Source: an uncultured cyanobacterium (GTDB lineage Bacteria; Cyanobacteriota; Cyanobacteriia; Cyanobacteriales; Cyanobacteriaceae). Taken from it: a stretch of 40,367 nt of DNA. Position numbers and translations under genes: made by a program. How positions within the stretch are numbered: position 1 is the stretch's first letter; the number at the start of each line of letters is the position of its first letter. Location: the NCBI GenBank assembly GCA_963749915.1, contig CAVVOP010000034.1, forward strand, positions 1-40,367, written 5' to 3'. Below, piece after piece: positions 1 to 10,494 of this stretch. The notes below the pieces were generated by a model. It had not been told where the DNA came from and searched no databases. It saw only the letters and a list, made by a program, of their open reading frames with translations.

Positions 1-1960
1 CTCATTGTCAATAACTTCACCTTTAATGAGAATAAATAAACAGAGCAAATCTATCAGTTTTCTCTTCTTTATTTATGGTATTATAATTGAGAATATTTAG
101 ACTCTTAAATCCCATAAGTTATCCAGATAAAATATAATAATTATGACAAGAAATTGGGAAAAAACTTAAAATTAGTTTTCGTTCATTTGTTAGATTTACT
201 ATCTGTTCTTTTCCTCTATTTATTACTAAATGAATCCCCTGAAAACATTGAAATATCCATCTTAACGTTGGACGTTCCGTTAGTTTTCCCAGCTGATTTT
301 TTATCCCCGTTTTTCTCTCCTTTAATAAGCGACGCACTTCTCTTTGCCCCAAAGAATATACCAACAGACATAACCCCATCAACATTGCCATTGTTTCGAT
401 TCTTTTTGGGGTTTTTAAAAACACACTATCGGCAAAAAATAATGGATCTTTCAAAAAACTAAAACCTCTTTCTGCGGCTTGTTGCTCTTTATACTTAATT
501 AAAATTTCATCAGAATTAAATTTACTTTTATCCAATCTATTTGTCGCTAACACAAATCTTCCTGCTCTTTTTTTTGATTCGTTTATTTTCGTTAAATCTG
601 ATTTCAAAATAGCCGTAACTTGATAAGTTTTTCCCGATTTTTCTTCTTTCTTTTTCGATTTTTTCTTGTGATTATTTAACTCACTTTCTGTCATTTTTAG
701 CTCGGTTATTTGATGATATTTTAAAGTCTTATTTAGTCTCAAAACTGTTTCATTAGCTCCCTCTGATGAGCTAAATTCTTCTTTCATCAATTTCTTTAAT
801 ATTTCTTCGGTTTTTTCTTTTTCTTTCTCTATTTTTTTAGTTAGTTTTTCTAAATCTGATGCCTTTCTTTTTTCACTTTCTACTATTAACCATCTCTGCT
901 CAATTTCTGCATAATTATTCCTTACTTCATACCATAAATATCCCTCTAAACTACTTGGAGTCAAATCAGATTCTGATAGTTCTGAAACTAAATTTTTTGC
1001 CTCTTTTATTGATAGTGGCACTCTCGATAACCATTCTATTCCACTCATTAATTTCAGGTTATTTTCTGTATATAAGGCACTATCACCTACTATCATCGTC
1101 TCAAAATCAATCATTGATTTGTATTCTTTCGCTATTTTGCCGAAAACTGCTCTATCATTTTCATTGCCATCTGCTACTCTTAAAAATAGTGGAATATCAC
1201 CATCACTACTCACAATTAAATCCAAAATAAATTGTTTTAAATCTGGTCTATGGTCACGGGAATAACCTTTAATTATCTTAATTGGAATTTGATTAATTAA
1301 CTCTGATTCTGCATTTTCTTTCACCAAGTTTTTGGTGATTTTTTCTTGATTATATTTCCCCTCTACTGCAAAAGAAGTTGAATCTAAATGGGAAAAATCT
1401 ATATTGATATTATATTTTTTTACTATGGCTAAAGCAATAATTAAAAATAATGGAGATAATCCTTTTTCATAAAGTTTATCCATTATTCTTCCAATTCTAT
1501 CATCGTTCAAATGCTCAGGTAGTATTCCTTTTCCGATTAAATGTTCGGTTGCTTTATCTTGAAAAAACTGTGGAAATAGATAAAGAGGACGGGAAATAAA
1601 TCCTAATCCGTTCAGAATAATTGCTTTGACTATTTGACCTGCTGTCACGATTTCCCTCTCGTCAATACCGAGGGCATCATTAATAATTTCTTCAATGCCA
1701 ATTTCATCTATAACTCCAGCAATTAATCCTAAATGATTAATGGTTTGAACTTGTATATCTTCTGAAAACATCATTTCCAAAATTAAATTAAAAACTGAAT
1801 TTAATTATCCCTTAAACGTTGCTCATTTTTCTACTAATTTATCTGAGTTCTCTTGATAAGCTAGAGAACTAATCACCGAGTATTTCTTGTCGTAGTCAAT
1901 CACTGTTCAACCTCTAACCTCGTAATCTGAATTTATACAGTTTGACGTGCGGAATGTGGG
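1..1960 (-). mobile_element. IS1634-family insertion sequence (second end lies outside the window)
   Basis: Contains the 553-aa transposase. The upstream end CCCACATTCCGCACGTC (minus strand, from 1960) is exactly where hsdM homology stops. Confidence 0.8.
119..1780 (-). CDS. IS1634-family (DDE) transposase
   Basis: Motifs HLGLIAG..DEIGI, HLDSTSF, GYSRDHRPDLKQ, VGDSALY, YKEQQAAERGFSFLK and PTLRWIFQCF are typical of cyanobacterial IS1634. Confidence 0.92.
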   Translation of the reverse strand: MEMMFSEDIQVQTINHLGLIAGVIDEIGIEEIINDALGIDEREIVTAGQIVKAIILNGLGFISRPLYLFPQFFQDKATEHLIGKGILPEHLNDDRIGRIMDKLYEKGLSPLFLIIALAIVKKYNINIDFSHLDSTSFAVEGKYNQEKITKNLVKENAESELINQIPIKIIKGYSRDHRPDLKQFILDLIVSSDGDIPLFLRVADGNENDRAVFGKIAKEYKSMIDFETMIVGDSALYTENNLKLMSGIEWLSRVPLSIKEAKNLVSELSESDLTPSSLEGYLWYEVRNNYAEIEQRWLIVESEKRKASDLEKLTKKIEKEKEKTEEILKKLMKEEFSSSEGANETVLRLNKTLKYHQITELKMTESELNNHKKKSKKKEEKSGKTYQVTAILKSDLTKINESKKRAGRFVLATNRLDKSKFNSDEILIKYKEQQAAERGFSFLKDPLFFADSVFLKTPKRIETMAMLMGLCLLVYSLGQREVRRLLKERKTGIKNQLGKLTERPTLRWIFQCFQGIHLVINRGKEQIVNLTNERKLILSFFPISCHNYYILSG

Positions 1961-2151
1961 TTTAAATTTAAGATCTTTTTTTGTGTAATTCTGAGAAAAA
2001 GGCGGATTACTCAAAACTCGATCAAACCGCATTAATTCATTACCATCTAAATGTAGAGGATTAGCGAGAGTATCATCATTGTGAATATTAGCATCCCTAA
2101 TTCCATGTAAAAGCATATTAATTTTACAGATAGCCCACACACCCCCATTGT
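1961..2151 (-). pseudogene. hsdM: Type I R-M methyltransferase HsdM, internal fragment
   Basis: NNGGVWAICKINMLLHG...DDTL...FDRVLSNPPFSQ includes N6-MTase motif IV (NPPF). Bounded by IS630 and IS1634. Confidence 0.88.
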
Positions 2152-2153
2152 TA

Positions 2154-3338
2154 AGCTAAGACGCATCAATCTAGGATATAATTTAAGTCAGAAAATATTA
2201 AGATGAAAATCCATGCCTATTAAAAACTTTTTGTCGGATGAAGAAAAAAAATATCTCCAAAATTCCTTAAAAACGGAAAATAGATCAGAAGTTAGGCAAA
2301 GGATTTTGATATTTTTATTAGAAAATGATGGCAAAAATTATCAACAAATAGCAGATTTTTTAGGTTGTTCCACAAAAACAGTAGCGTATTGGGCAGTGCA
2401 TGGTAATCCTAATAATGTAGATTCATTACAAGATAAAAGAAGAAAAGGAAATCAGATAAAAGCAACGGATAAATATATCGAAATATTGTTAGAAGTGGTG
2501 GACACGACCCCCGAAGATTTAGGATATGAATTTGGGCGATGGACAGGGAAAAGATTGTCAGAACATCTCGAAAAAGAAACAGGAATTAAATTAAGTAAAT
2601 CACAAATAGCGAGAATATTAAAAAGAAAAAAGTATAGTTATATTTGGGGAAAATATAGTTTGGAAGATAAGCAAAATAAAGAAGAAAGAAAGGCATTTAA
2701 AGAAAAATTAGAAGATTATATAAAAATAAGTAAAGAAAATCAGGAATTACTCCAGATATGGTTTTGGGATGAGTGTGGTTTTAGTTTAAGGGTAATAAGA
2801 AGAAAAACATGGACAAAAAAAGGAAAGAGAAAAAAAATCAAGGGACAAAGAAGAAGAGGAAGAGTAAATATCATGGGAGGCTTAAGATATTCAGATAAAA
2901 AAAGACTGTGCTTTATGATAGAGAAAGGGAACTCAGAAACATTTTATGAGAAAATAGAAAAGTTAAAAGAAGAAGTAAAAAAAGAATGGATAAGTAAGGG
3001 AAATAATGAAAAAGATTTTGAAAAAAAAGGACCAAAAATAATAATAATTTTAGATAATGCGAGTTTCCATAAAAAGAAAGAAATAATAGAAAGAATAGAA
3101 ACAAATTTATCAAATATAAGATTAGAGTATTTACCAGTATATAGTCCAGATTATAACTTAAGAGAATTAGTATGGCATTCGGCTAAAGAATTTATAGCTC
3201 ATCGAGATTTTGAAAATAAAGAACAATTAGCAAAAACAGTGAATCAATTATTAAATGAAGGAGGTTTAGTGATTAATTGGAGCAAAAAAATCAAGAATAA
3301 GGGTGAATTAATAAATGTAAGTTAAATGCGTCTTAGCT
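2154..3338 (+). mobile_element. IS630-family insertion sequence
   Basis: Perfect inverted repeats TAAGCTAAGACGCAT (2152-2166) and ATGCGTCTTAGCTTA (3326-3340), including the TA target dinucleotides. Confidence 0.92.
2213..3325 (+). CDS. IS630-family transposase, intact single ORF
   Basis: N-terminal HTH, GRWT motif, and DDE residues in WFWDECGF / ILDNASFH / [12 protein letters not shown]. Confidence 0.93.
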   Translation: MPIKNFLSDEEKKYLQNSLKTENRSEVRQRILIFLLENDGKNYQQIADFLGCSTKTVAYWAVHGNPNNVDSLQDKRRKGNQIKATDKYIEILLEVVDTTPEDLGYEFGRWTGKRLSEHLEKETGIKLSKSQIARILKRKKYSYIWGKYSLEDKQNKEERKAFKEKLEDYIKISKENQELLQIWFWDECGFSLRVIRRKTWTKKGKRKKIKGQRRRGRVNIMGGLRYSDKKRLCFMIEKGNSETFYEKIEKLKEEVKKEWISKGNNEKDFEKKGPKIIIILDNASFHKKKEIIERIETNLSNIRLEYLPVYSPDYNLRELVWHSAKEFIAHRDFENKEQLAKTVNQLLNEGGLVINWSKKIKNKGELINVS

Positions 3339-3753
3339 TATCTGACATTCGATTACTACCTACTTGACGGTTAAAATCGATATGCCCCAATACACCCTCT
3401 AAAGCAGGATTACTGTCTTCTAGGGTATCCAATGCTTTATTTAAACCGTTAGCAACATCTTTATGTAGCTCATCTCGAATATATTGCCACCGTGCCTCTT
3501 TTGGGATAAAAAAAGTTTCTCTGTAATGATTAGGAGATTCTGCCCGTTGTTTTGCTTCTTCTTCACTGCGTCCTTTAGTAATATTTTCTCTAATAATATC
3601 TTGATACCTTTGCTCAAATGTATCTGAAGCCCTCTTTAAAAAAAGCATCCCAAAAATATATTCTTTAAATTCCGAAGCATCCATTTTGCCCCGTAAAATA
3701 TCTGCGGCACTAAATAAATGTCTTTCTAGTTGAGGTAAAGTTAATTTCGCCAT
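3339..3753 (-). pseudogene. hsdM: Type I R-M methyltransferase HsdM, N-terminal fragment
   Basis: [44 protein letters not shown] matches the HsdM N-terminal domain. Cut by IS630. Confidence 0.9.
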
Positions 3754-3779
3754 TCTTAATTGTTTCTTGATTACTAATT

Positions 3780-4578
3780 ACATTAAGGTAACTCTTTCTT
3801 GGTTTATCCTTTTGCAAAATTTCTTGAACTGCTTTCTCTACCTGAGTTTTTACTTCCTGATCTCTTTTACCCCAATCTACTCTCTTATTCACCGATACAG
3901 ATGATTTTTGTAAATAGGGTGAATTGTTATTTAACCAGATGCGATCGCACCTATACAATCTAGCATATAGAGCAGGAGATAACTTTCTCAGTTCAGTTTT
4001 TGTTGCATCAGGATACTGTTTTTGTAATTCTAACCATTCCCGCCTATTTTGCTCCTTATCATCAACCTCTTTAGTATCATGGACTGGGGAAAACTTAGTT
4101 GTTTCTGATTGCCATGAAGCATTTAAGCCCAACTTATCCACATAGCGATTAATAGTTCTTGTATTTACCTTTAATTCTCTAGCAACCGCCCTTAATCCTA
4201 GATTTTTATTCTCTACTAAATCTTGTAATTTTTGATGCCACTTGTCCCCATAAGTGATGATTCGATTCGGTTTATAACCATCGGATTGATCTGATTCCAA
4301 TAGAGTTCGACTGTAAACCATTCCACAACTGCAAGTAAACTTTCCCAAAGGTTTCTTATTTTCTAAGCAGTGACTTAACTCAACATCTTCAATCACAGGT
4401 TGTAAGTAATGATCAACTGCCCCATTAAAACAAATCCAAGGAGGATTGCCAAAGGGTTTATATTCCGATGATGTTCGTTCAAAAAATTCTCGCACCGAAC
4501 CACAAAGAAATCTCATCATCAATATATGACGGATTGGGTGAAAGGACTTGCGGTGTTTTCTGACTATATTGAATAATT
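3780..4578 (-). pseudogene. tnsD: Tn7-like target selector TnsD, internal/C-terminal fragment (no TniQ N-terminus)
   Basis: IVRKHRKSFHPIRHIL, PFGNPPWICFN, GKFTCSCGMVYSR, LYARLYRCDRIWL and RVDWGKRD. Located next to the glmS attachment site. End coordinates are approximate. Confidence 0.82.
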
Positions 4579-4614
4579 AAAGCCTCTTCTCAAGGTTGAA
4601 TGTTGGGTTTAACC

Positions 4615-4684
4615 CTAATTATACAACTTTATTATAAATAATATGACTTTGTTTTAAATTATAAAACTTTATTATTCTCATACA
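4615..4684 (-). mobile_element. Tn7-like transposon end with three TnsB-type binding boxes
   Basis: Minus strand reads TGTATGAG, then ATAATAAAGT / AAAACAAAGT / ATAATAAAGT at exact 20-bp spacing (plus-strand ACTTT at 4626, 4646, 4666). Starts 24 nt after the glmS stop codon. Confidence 0.85.
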
Positions 4685-4708
4685 GTCCCTTGCGAATCAA
4701 GCCTATAA

Positions 4709-6586
4709 CTATTCCACCGTTACCGATTTCGCTAAATTGCGAGGTTGATCTACATCTAAGCCGCGCATTGAGGCAATATAATAAGCCAGTAACTGTAAAG
4801 GAATTACCGCTAAAATAGGAGATAATAATTCCTCCACTTCCGGCACGAGTAAAGCGTCTTGAAATATTTCCTCTTGGTGATTCTGAGGTAATATGCCTAT
4901 TAGACGGGCGTCTCTGGCTTTGGCTTCTTGGGCGTTAGAGATTACCTTCTCATATACTTCTCCAGACATGGCGATCGCAACCACGGGAACATGGGCGTCT
5001 AAAAGGGCGATGGGACCGTGTTTCATTTCCCCCGCAGGATAACCTTCTGCATGGATATAACTAATTTCTTTGAGTTTCAATGCACCTTCTAAGGCAATGG
5101 GAAAATTAATACCCCTACCTAGAAAAATAAAGTCCCTGGTATCGGGAAATTGATGTGCTAACTCTCGCACTTTTTCTTCCTCAGAATTAAGAATTTGCTC
5201 AATTTGAACGGGCAATTGGAGTAACCCAGCCAGAATCTCTTTCATTCTCAGAGTAGCAACTGTTTTACGGCGACATGCTAAATCTAAGGCTAAGAGATAA
5301 AAACCCATCACTTGTGCCACAAAGGTTTTAGTTGCGGCAACCCCAATTTCGATACCGGCATAAGTGTTAATAACTTGATCTACCATAGCACCGAGAGTAC
5401 TTTCAGGGCGATTTGTAATACCTAAAATACGGGGGTGATATTCTGCACTTAAAACTGATCGTCTTTGTCTCTCCATTTCGAGGGCGGCAAGGGTATCGGC
5501 AGTTTCTCCTGACTGGGTGACACCGATGGTTATTGTATTACGCATCACGGGGGTAGGGGAGTAACGAAACTCGGACGCATATTGTACAAAAGTCGGAATT
5601 TCAGCGATTTGTTCTAGTAAATATTTACCTACTAAACTTGCGTGCCAGGACGTCCCACAGGCTACGATTTGGATATGTTCCAAGTCTTGATAAATTTCCG
5701 GTTTGAGGTTTAAGGTGATCGGATTTTCTTCTGGGTTAGTTTCTGAGTGCCAATCAGAGTTAAGATAGGCTTCTAAACAGGTACGAACTACCGAGGGTTG
5801 CTCATGAATTTCTTTGAGCATGAAATGACGATAGCCTTGTTTTTCAACAGTTACAGGACTCCAATCAAGGGTGCGAGGGGTTTTTCGGAGGCGTTTTCCA
5901 GAAAAATCGTAGATTTCGACTCCTAAGGGTGTTAAACGGCCAATTTCGCCATTTTCTAAGGATAAAACGGTGTTGGTATGATGGACTAAGGCGGTTACAT
6001 CAGAAGCACAGAAAAATTCTCCTAGTCCAAAGCCGATGGTCAGAGGTGCACTTTGACGGGCTATAATTAATTCGTCGGGATAGTCAGCACACAAAACGGC
6101 GATGGCAAAAGCACCATCTAAACGAGTAATAGCCTTGTTAACAGCTTCCATGAAAGGATCTTCTCTATGGGGGTTATAATATTCGGCAATAAGGTGAGGG
6201 ATAACTTCGGTATCGGTATCGGATAGAAATTGATGTCCAAGAGTTATTAATTCTTTTTTCAATTCTTGATAATTTTCAATAATACCATTCTGCACTACGG
6301 CGATTTTACCCTGATTATCCTGGTGAGGATGGGCGTTGTATTCTTCTGGCTTACCATGGGTTGCCCAGCGGGTATGTCCAATACCAATTTGAGCAGAATT
6401 ACCCTCTTTTTCTAGTTTCGTACGCAGATTATATAATTTACCCTTTGCCCTGATAGTGTGAATATTATTATCGACAATTGTCGCTACTCCTGCTGAATCA
6501 TAACCCCGGTATTCTAACTTTTCTAAGCCGCTGACCAAAATATCAATAGCGGTTTGTGTTCCGATATAACCAACAATTCCACACAT
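4709..6586 (-). CDS. glmS: Glutamine-fructose-6-phosphate aminotransferase
   Basis: MCGIVG start, LEYRGYDSAG, GHTRWATHG, and C-terminal DQPRNLAKSVTVE. Confidence 0.99.
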   Translation of the reverse strand: MCGIVGYIGTQTAIDILVSGLEKLEYRGYDSAGVATIVDNNIHTIRAKGKLYNLRTKLEKEGNSAQIGIGHTRWATHGKPEEYNAHPHQDNQGKIAVVQNGIIENYQELKKELITLGHQFLSDTDTEVIPHLIAEYYNPHREDPFMEAVNKAITRLDGAFAIAVLCADYPDELIIARQSAPLTIGFGLGEFFCASDVTALVHHTNTVLSLENGEIGRLTPLGVEIYDFSGKRLRKTPRTLDWSPVTVEKQGYRHFMLKEIHEQPSVVRTCLEAYLNSDWHSETNPEENPITLNLKPEIYQDLEHIQIVACGTSWHASLVGKYLLEQIAEIPTFVQYASEFRYSPTPVMRNTITIGVTQSGETADTLAALEMERQRRSVLSAEYHPRILGITNRPESTLGAMVDQVINTYAGIEIGVAATKTFVAQVMGFYLLALDLACRRKTVATLRMKEILAGLLQLPVQIEQILNSEEEKVRELAHQFPDTRDFIFLGRGINFPIALEGALKLKEISYIHAEGYPAGEMKHGPIALLDAHVPVVAIAMSGEVYEKVISNAQEAKARDARLIGILPQNHQEEIFQDALLVPEVEELLSPILAVIPLQLLAYYIASMRGLDVDQPRNLAKSVTVE

Positions 6587-6772
6587 AATTTTAATAATAA
6601 ATAATTCTAATTTTGATATATTATAAGCAAATAATCTGGATTAACAAGGAAAATCAAAAACCTCTACTTCTAAACTTAATTCTGTTTGACAATTTTGGGT
6701 TTCCCCTTGACTTTATCTTTTGTTACCATATAATTTTGAAATTAATCAATTCTATATTATTTAGTATTCGGT

Positions 6773-8440
6773 GTGAGTAAAAGTAATCTACGTGTTATGA
6801 AGTCTAATAGTCGGCACAATTTCAATATTCTCCAGTTAACATCTTCTCAATTTTGGCTCGCTTTACCATTGTTACTGGTGGTTTGTTTTTTCCATCAGGC
6901 TTTTCCTATTTTAGCGGTGGATTTAAAGGTAGGCATTGTACAAAGATTTGGGGAAGAATTGGAAGATGAAATTACCCTCAAAAGTACTCAAGATGACTCT
7001 TTAACCGTTAAATTTACCAATTTTTCTACCCAAGAAAAAAAATCTTTAACCACCAAGGAATTGAAATTGTCGATCACATCTCGACCATTACCGAATAAAC
7101 TCATTGAAGAAAGGTTAATCTTAGGAGATCATGGTACTTTTGAAACCGCGGAAAATGATGCTAACCGTTGGCAATCTTTAGGTATTGATGTGGAAATTAC
7201 ACAACCTGGGCGTTGGCAAGTGTGGGCGAAACGTAGTACTTACTCGACACCCCTATTAAAGAGACTGTTACTCAACACTATTCGGGAAAAAGGCTATCAA
7301 GATGTTTATCTCGAAACCGCTATTTTTTTGGAAAAACCGATAGTTTCTTTTAGGGTTGGCAATAGTACCTATCAAGCCAGTTATTTAGAAATAGACAGTA
7401 ATAAAAATACTGTACAAGTAAAAGACGGCATTAAAGGAACTTGGCGTAATTATGGTGGTACTTTTACCCTACGACCTAACTCCTACGGTAATTATACTCT
7501 TGTTAATAAAGTTGATATTGAGACTTATTTGCGGGGTGTCGTGCCTCATGAAATTGGAAGTAATGTACCTATGGCGGCGGCAGAGGCACAAACCATCATC
7601 GCCAGAACTTATGCCCTTCGGAATACTCGCCGATTCCAATCCGATAATTATGAAATGTGTGCCACAACGGATTGTCAAGTATATTATGGGTTGACCGGCA
7701 CTTCCCCTATTTCCGATAAGGCGATCGCTACTACGAAAGGATTAGTCTTAACCTATAATAATGAGTTAGTAGATGCCTTATATTCTTCTACCACAGGGGG
7801 AATCACCTCTTACTTTGAAGATGTTTGGAATGGAGAAAATCGCCCTTATCTTAAATCCGTCATCGATTCACCGCAACAAGTTTGGAATTTAGGTCAAAAT
7901 CCCCTCGAATCTGAAGCTAACTTCCGCAACTTTATCGCCTTACAAAAAGGGTTTAATGAGACGGGTAGAAGCCTTTTTCGTTGGAATCGTAAAAGTAGCC
8001 TAGAAGACTTAACCAAAGACTTACAAAAATACTTGGAAAGAATAAAACACCCCCTTGCGGACTTTCACACCATCCAGGAAATGAAGATAGTTAAGCGATC
8101 GCCATCTGGTAGGGTAATAAAATTAAATATAACTACAGATTTAGGATTGGTATCACTTGCCAAAAATGAGGTGAGAAGTGCCTTTACGCCCCCTATAAGT
8201 ACTTTATTTTACTTGGAGCCATTTTATGACAAAAATAAAAAACTAGCCGGATATGCCTTTGTGGGTGGTGGATTCGGTCATGGAGTCGGACTGAGTCAGT
8301 TTGGTAGTTATAATTTGGCGAATTTAGGTTGGTCTGCACAAAAAATATTGGAATTTTATTACCCGGGAACAAAACTTGAGCCCTTGAATAAATCTATTAT
8401 ATTCTGGCAACCCCCTAATGGTAAGGGAAGAGGTATTTAA
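6773..8440 (+). CDS. SpoIID/LytB domain protein (amidase enhancer / lytic transglycosylase)
   Basis: ETYLRGVVPHE, AQTIIARTYA, CATTDCQVY, GGGFGHGVGLSQFG and ILEFYYPG. The start may be further downstream. Confidence 0.9.
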   Translation: MSKSNLRVMKSNSRHNFNILQLTSSQFWLALPLLLVVCFFHQAFPILAVDLKVGIVQRFGEELEDEITLKSTQDDSLTVKFTNFSTQEKKSLTTKELKLSITSRPLPNKLIEERLILGDHGTFETAENDANRWQSLGIDVEITQPGRWQVWAKRSTYSTPLLKRLLLNTIREKGYQDVYLETAIFLEKPIVSFRVGNSTYQASYLEIDSNKNTVQVKDGIKGTWRNYGGTFTLRPNSYGNYTLVNKVDIETYLRGVVPHEIGSNVPMAAAEAQTIIARTYALRNTRRFQSDNYEMCATTDCQVYYGLTGTSPISDKAIATTKGLVLTYNNELVDALYSSTTGGITSYFEDVWNGENRPYLKSVIDSPQQVWNLGQNPLESEANFRNFIALQKGFNETGRSLFRWNRKSSLEDLTKDLQKYLERIKHPLADFHTIQEMKIVKRSPSGRVIKLNITTDLGLVSLAKNEVRSAFTPPISTLFYLEPFYDKNKKLAGYAFVGGGFGHGVGLSQFGSYNLANLGWSAQKILEFYYPGTKLEPLNKSIIFWQPPNGKGRGI

Positions 8441-8519
8441 ACTAACTATCTACACACAATGATAATTTAAGTTAAGAAATTTCAATTCATCAAGATATAT
8501 TCCAGCATAGCAGCAATAC

Positions 8520-10445
8520 ATGAATAATTTTATCTCTCGTCGTAATCTTCTTAAATTATTTAGCCTCACAGGAGTTCTCGGTATCCTTGGTTATTCGAGG
8601 GTGGCTAAACCTCAACCAACAATTCATCAAGAAGATACTTTAGTGTTGCCTCGTAATCTACGTAGGGCAAGAAAAGTAGTTGTCATTGGCGGAGGATTGG
8701 CAGGGTTAGCATCAGCCTATGAGTTGAGTAATCGAGGTTTTGAGGTGACGTTATTAGAAAAATCGCCCCAGTTGGGGGGGAAAATTGCCAGTTGGGATAT
8801 TCAGGTGGGGGAAGATTCCTTTAAAATGGAACATGGTTTTCATGGTTTTTTCCCTCAATACTATAATCTCAAAAGCATTGTTAATGAGATTAATATTACT
8901 AATAATTTTCAGTCATTGGAATATTATTCGGTGGTATTTAAGGGAGATAAATATGCCCCGGAAAATTTTCGCCCTAGTCATTCTTCTTTTCCTTGGAATA
9001 TCGTAGATTTAGCTATATCTTCCCAAAATTCTCTCCATTGGGGTATTAACTTAGTCAATCCTGCCCATTGGCAGGTTTTTCATGCTATTACTAGCTTTAA
9101 AATCCCTGATAGTTACGATGATTTAGATGCTATTTCTGTCAGTGATTGGGCAGCAAAAGGCATCCCTCAAGGCTTGTTCGACTTATATTTTTTACCCTTT
9201 GCTAAGTCTTCCCTCAATGCACCTGACGTTCTGAGTACTGGGGAACTAATGCAGTTTTTCCATTTCTATTTTTTTGGTAATCCTGAAGGGTTGGCTTTTA
9301 ATGGTACTGTAGATGATATGGGTACAAGTTTAGTTAATCCCATTGCTGAAACCATCGAAAATAAAGGCGGTAGGATTATCACCGAGGCTAATATTAGTAA
9401 GATCAACTGTGAAGACGATAAAATCACTTCTGTAGAATATTATCAAGGTGATCAGGTTAGTAATATGCCTTTTTGGGTTGACCCCAACCCCCTATTACAA
9501 GATAACCAGTATGATTATTATGGGGCAGGGGATCGAGTTTTTGCCTTAGTCAAAGATACCGATAAAGCCATTTCTCTCAGTTGCACTCATCAAGGATGTA
9601 TAGTTAATAAACAAGAAGACGGTAAATTTTTATGTCCTTGTCACGGGGCAATGTATGATCAAGATGGTAAAGTAATAAGTGCACCGGCTAAACGCAACCT
9701 GAACACTTATAAAGTTATCGCCAGGGAAGAAAGTAAGGTTAAGTTATTGGCAGATATACCGAACATTGGCAGTAAACCGGAGAAAATTGAAGCAGATTAT
9801 TTTGTCATGGCAACGGATGTTAACGGCTTAAAACATCTATTTAACCTGATAGAAGGAGAAGGAGATACTTGTCAACAGACCAAGACTCAAGTGGAAAGTT
9901 TATCATTGGCAGATCCTTTTGCCGTAGGACGATTTTGGTTAGATAAAGATTTTGATTGGCAATACAGCAACTTTGCCTCTCTTTCTGGATATAAATTGAC
10001 AGATAGCATCACCCTTTATCATCGCATCCAGAGGGAATATAAACAATGGGCGGAAAAAACGGGAGGAAGCGTTGTAGAGTTACATGCCTATTGTTATAAA
10101 GAGAAAGAGTTTCCCACCCAGGAGGCGATTTTAGCCACTTTTGAACAGGAATTATCGGAAATTGTACCAGAATTAGCCAACGCGAATATTTTACATAAAC
10201 AATTAGTTAATCAGAAGAATTTTTCTGGTTATCCTCCCAATAGCTTTAAAATGCGCCCAAAAACTGAGACTAACATTAAAAATCTCATGTTTGCTGGAGA
10301 TTGGGTAAAAATGCCATTTCCCTGCGGATTAATGGAAAGGGCAATTAGTAGCGGACTGCTATCAGCAAATGTAATCCTACACCGGGAGGGATTACAAAGA
10401 CGGGACTTACTCTCGGTGAATCCTTCTGGTTTGTTGAGCATTTAA
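8520..10445 (+). CDS. cruE: FAD-dependent carotenoid desaturase with inserted Rieske domain (CruE/CrtU-like)
   Basis: Twin-arginine-like SRRNLLK, GGGLAG FAD motif, EHGFHGFF, Rieske CTHQGC...CPCHG and GLMERA. Confidence 0.72.
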   Translation: MNNFISRRNLLKLFSLTGVLGILGYSRVAKPQPTIHQEDTLVLPRNLRRARKVVVIGGGLAGLASAYELSNRGFEVTLLEKSPQLGGKIASWDIQVGEDSFKMEHGFHGFFPQYYNLKSIVNEINITNNFQSLEYYSVVFKGDKYAPENFRPSHSSFPWNIVDLAISSQNSLHWGINLVNPAHWQVFHAITSFKIPDSYDDLDAISVSDWAAKGIPQGLFDLYFLPFAKSSLNAPDVLSTGELMQFFHFYFFGNPEGLAFNGTVDDMGTSLVNPIAETIENKGGRIITEANISKINCEDDKITSVEYYQGDQVSNMPFWVDPNPLLQDNQYDYYGAGDRVFALVKDTDKAISLSCTHQGCIVNKQEDGKFLCPCHGAMYDQDGKVISAPAKRNLNTYKVIAREESKVKLLADIPNIGSKPEKIEADYFVMATDVNGLKHLFNLIEGEGDTCQQTKTQVESLSLADPFAVGRFWLDKDFDWQYSNFASLSGYKLTDSITLYHRIQREYKQWAEKTGGSVVELHAYCYKEKEFPTQEAILATFEQELSEIVPELANANILHKQLVNQKNFSGYPPNSFKMRPKTETNIKNLMFAGDWVKMPFPCGLMERAISSGLLSANVILHREGLQRRDLLSVNPSGLLSI

Positions 10446-10494
10446 TCAATTGACAACTGACGTTGAATTATGTTAGGGATGTTTCCCATATCAA

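Noticed and set aside
154..1230. Plus-strand ORFs 154-462 and 859-1230, and similar short ORFs at 2913, 3924, 7452, 7469, 8785, 10229, 11784, 13589, 20303, 28262, 28919, 29407, 29628 and 32457
   Set aside because: Antisense or alternate-frame shadows of well-supported genes, with no motifs.
1..4684. CRISPR-associated transposon
   Set aside because: No cas genes or repeat-spacer array in the window. The three 20-bp-period boxes fit TnsB sites, and tnsD plus glmS explains the targeting.
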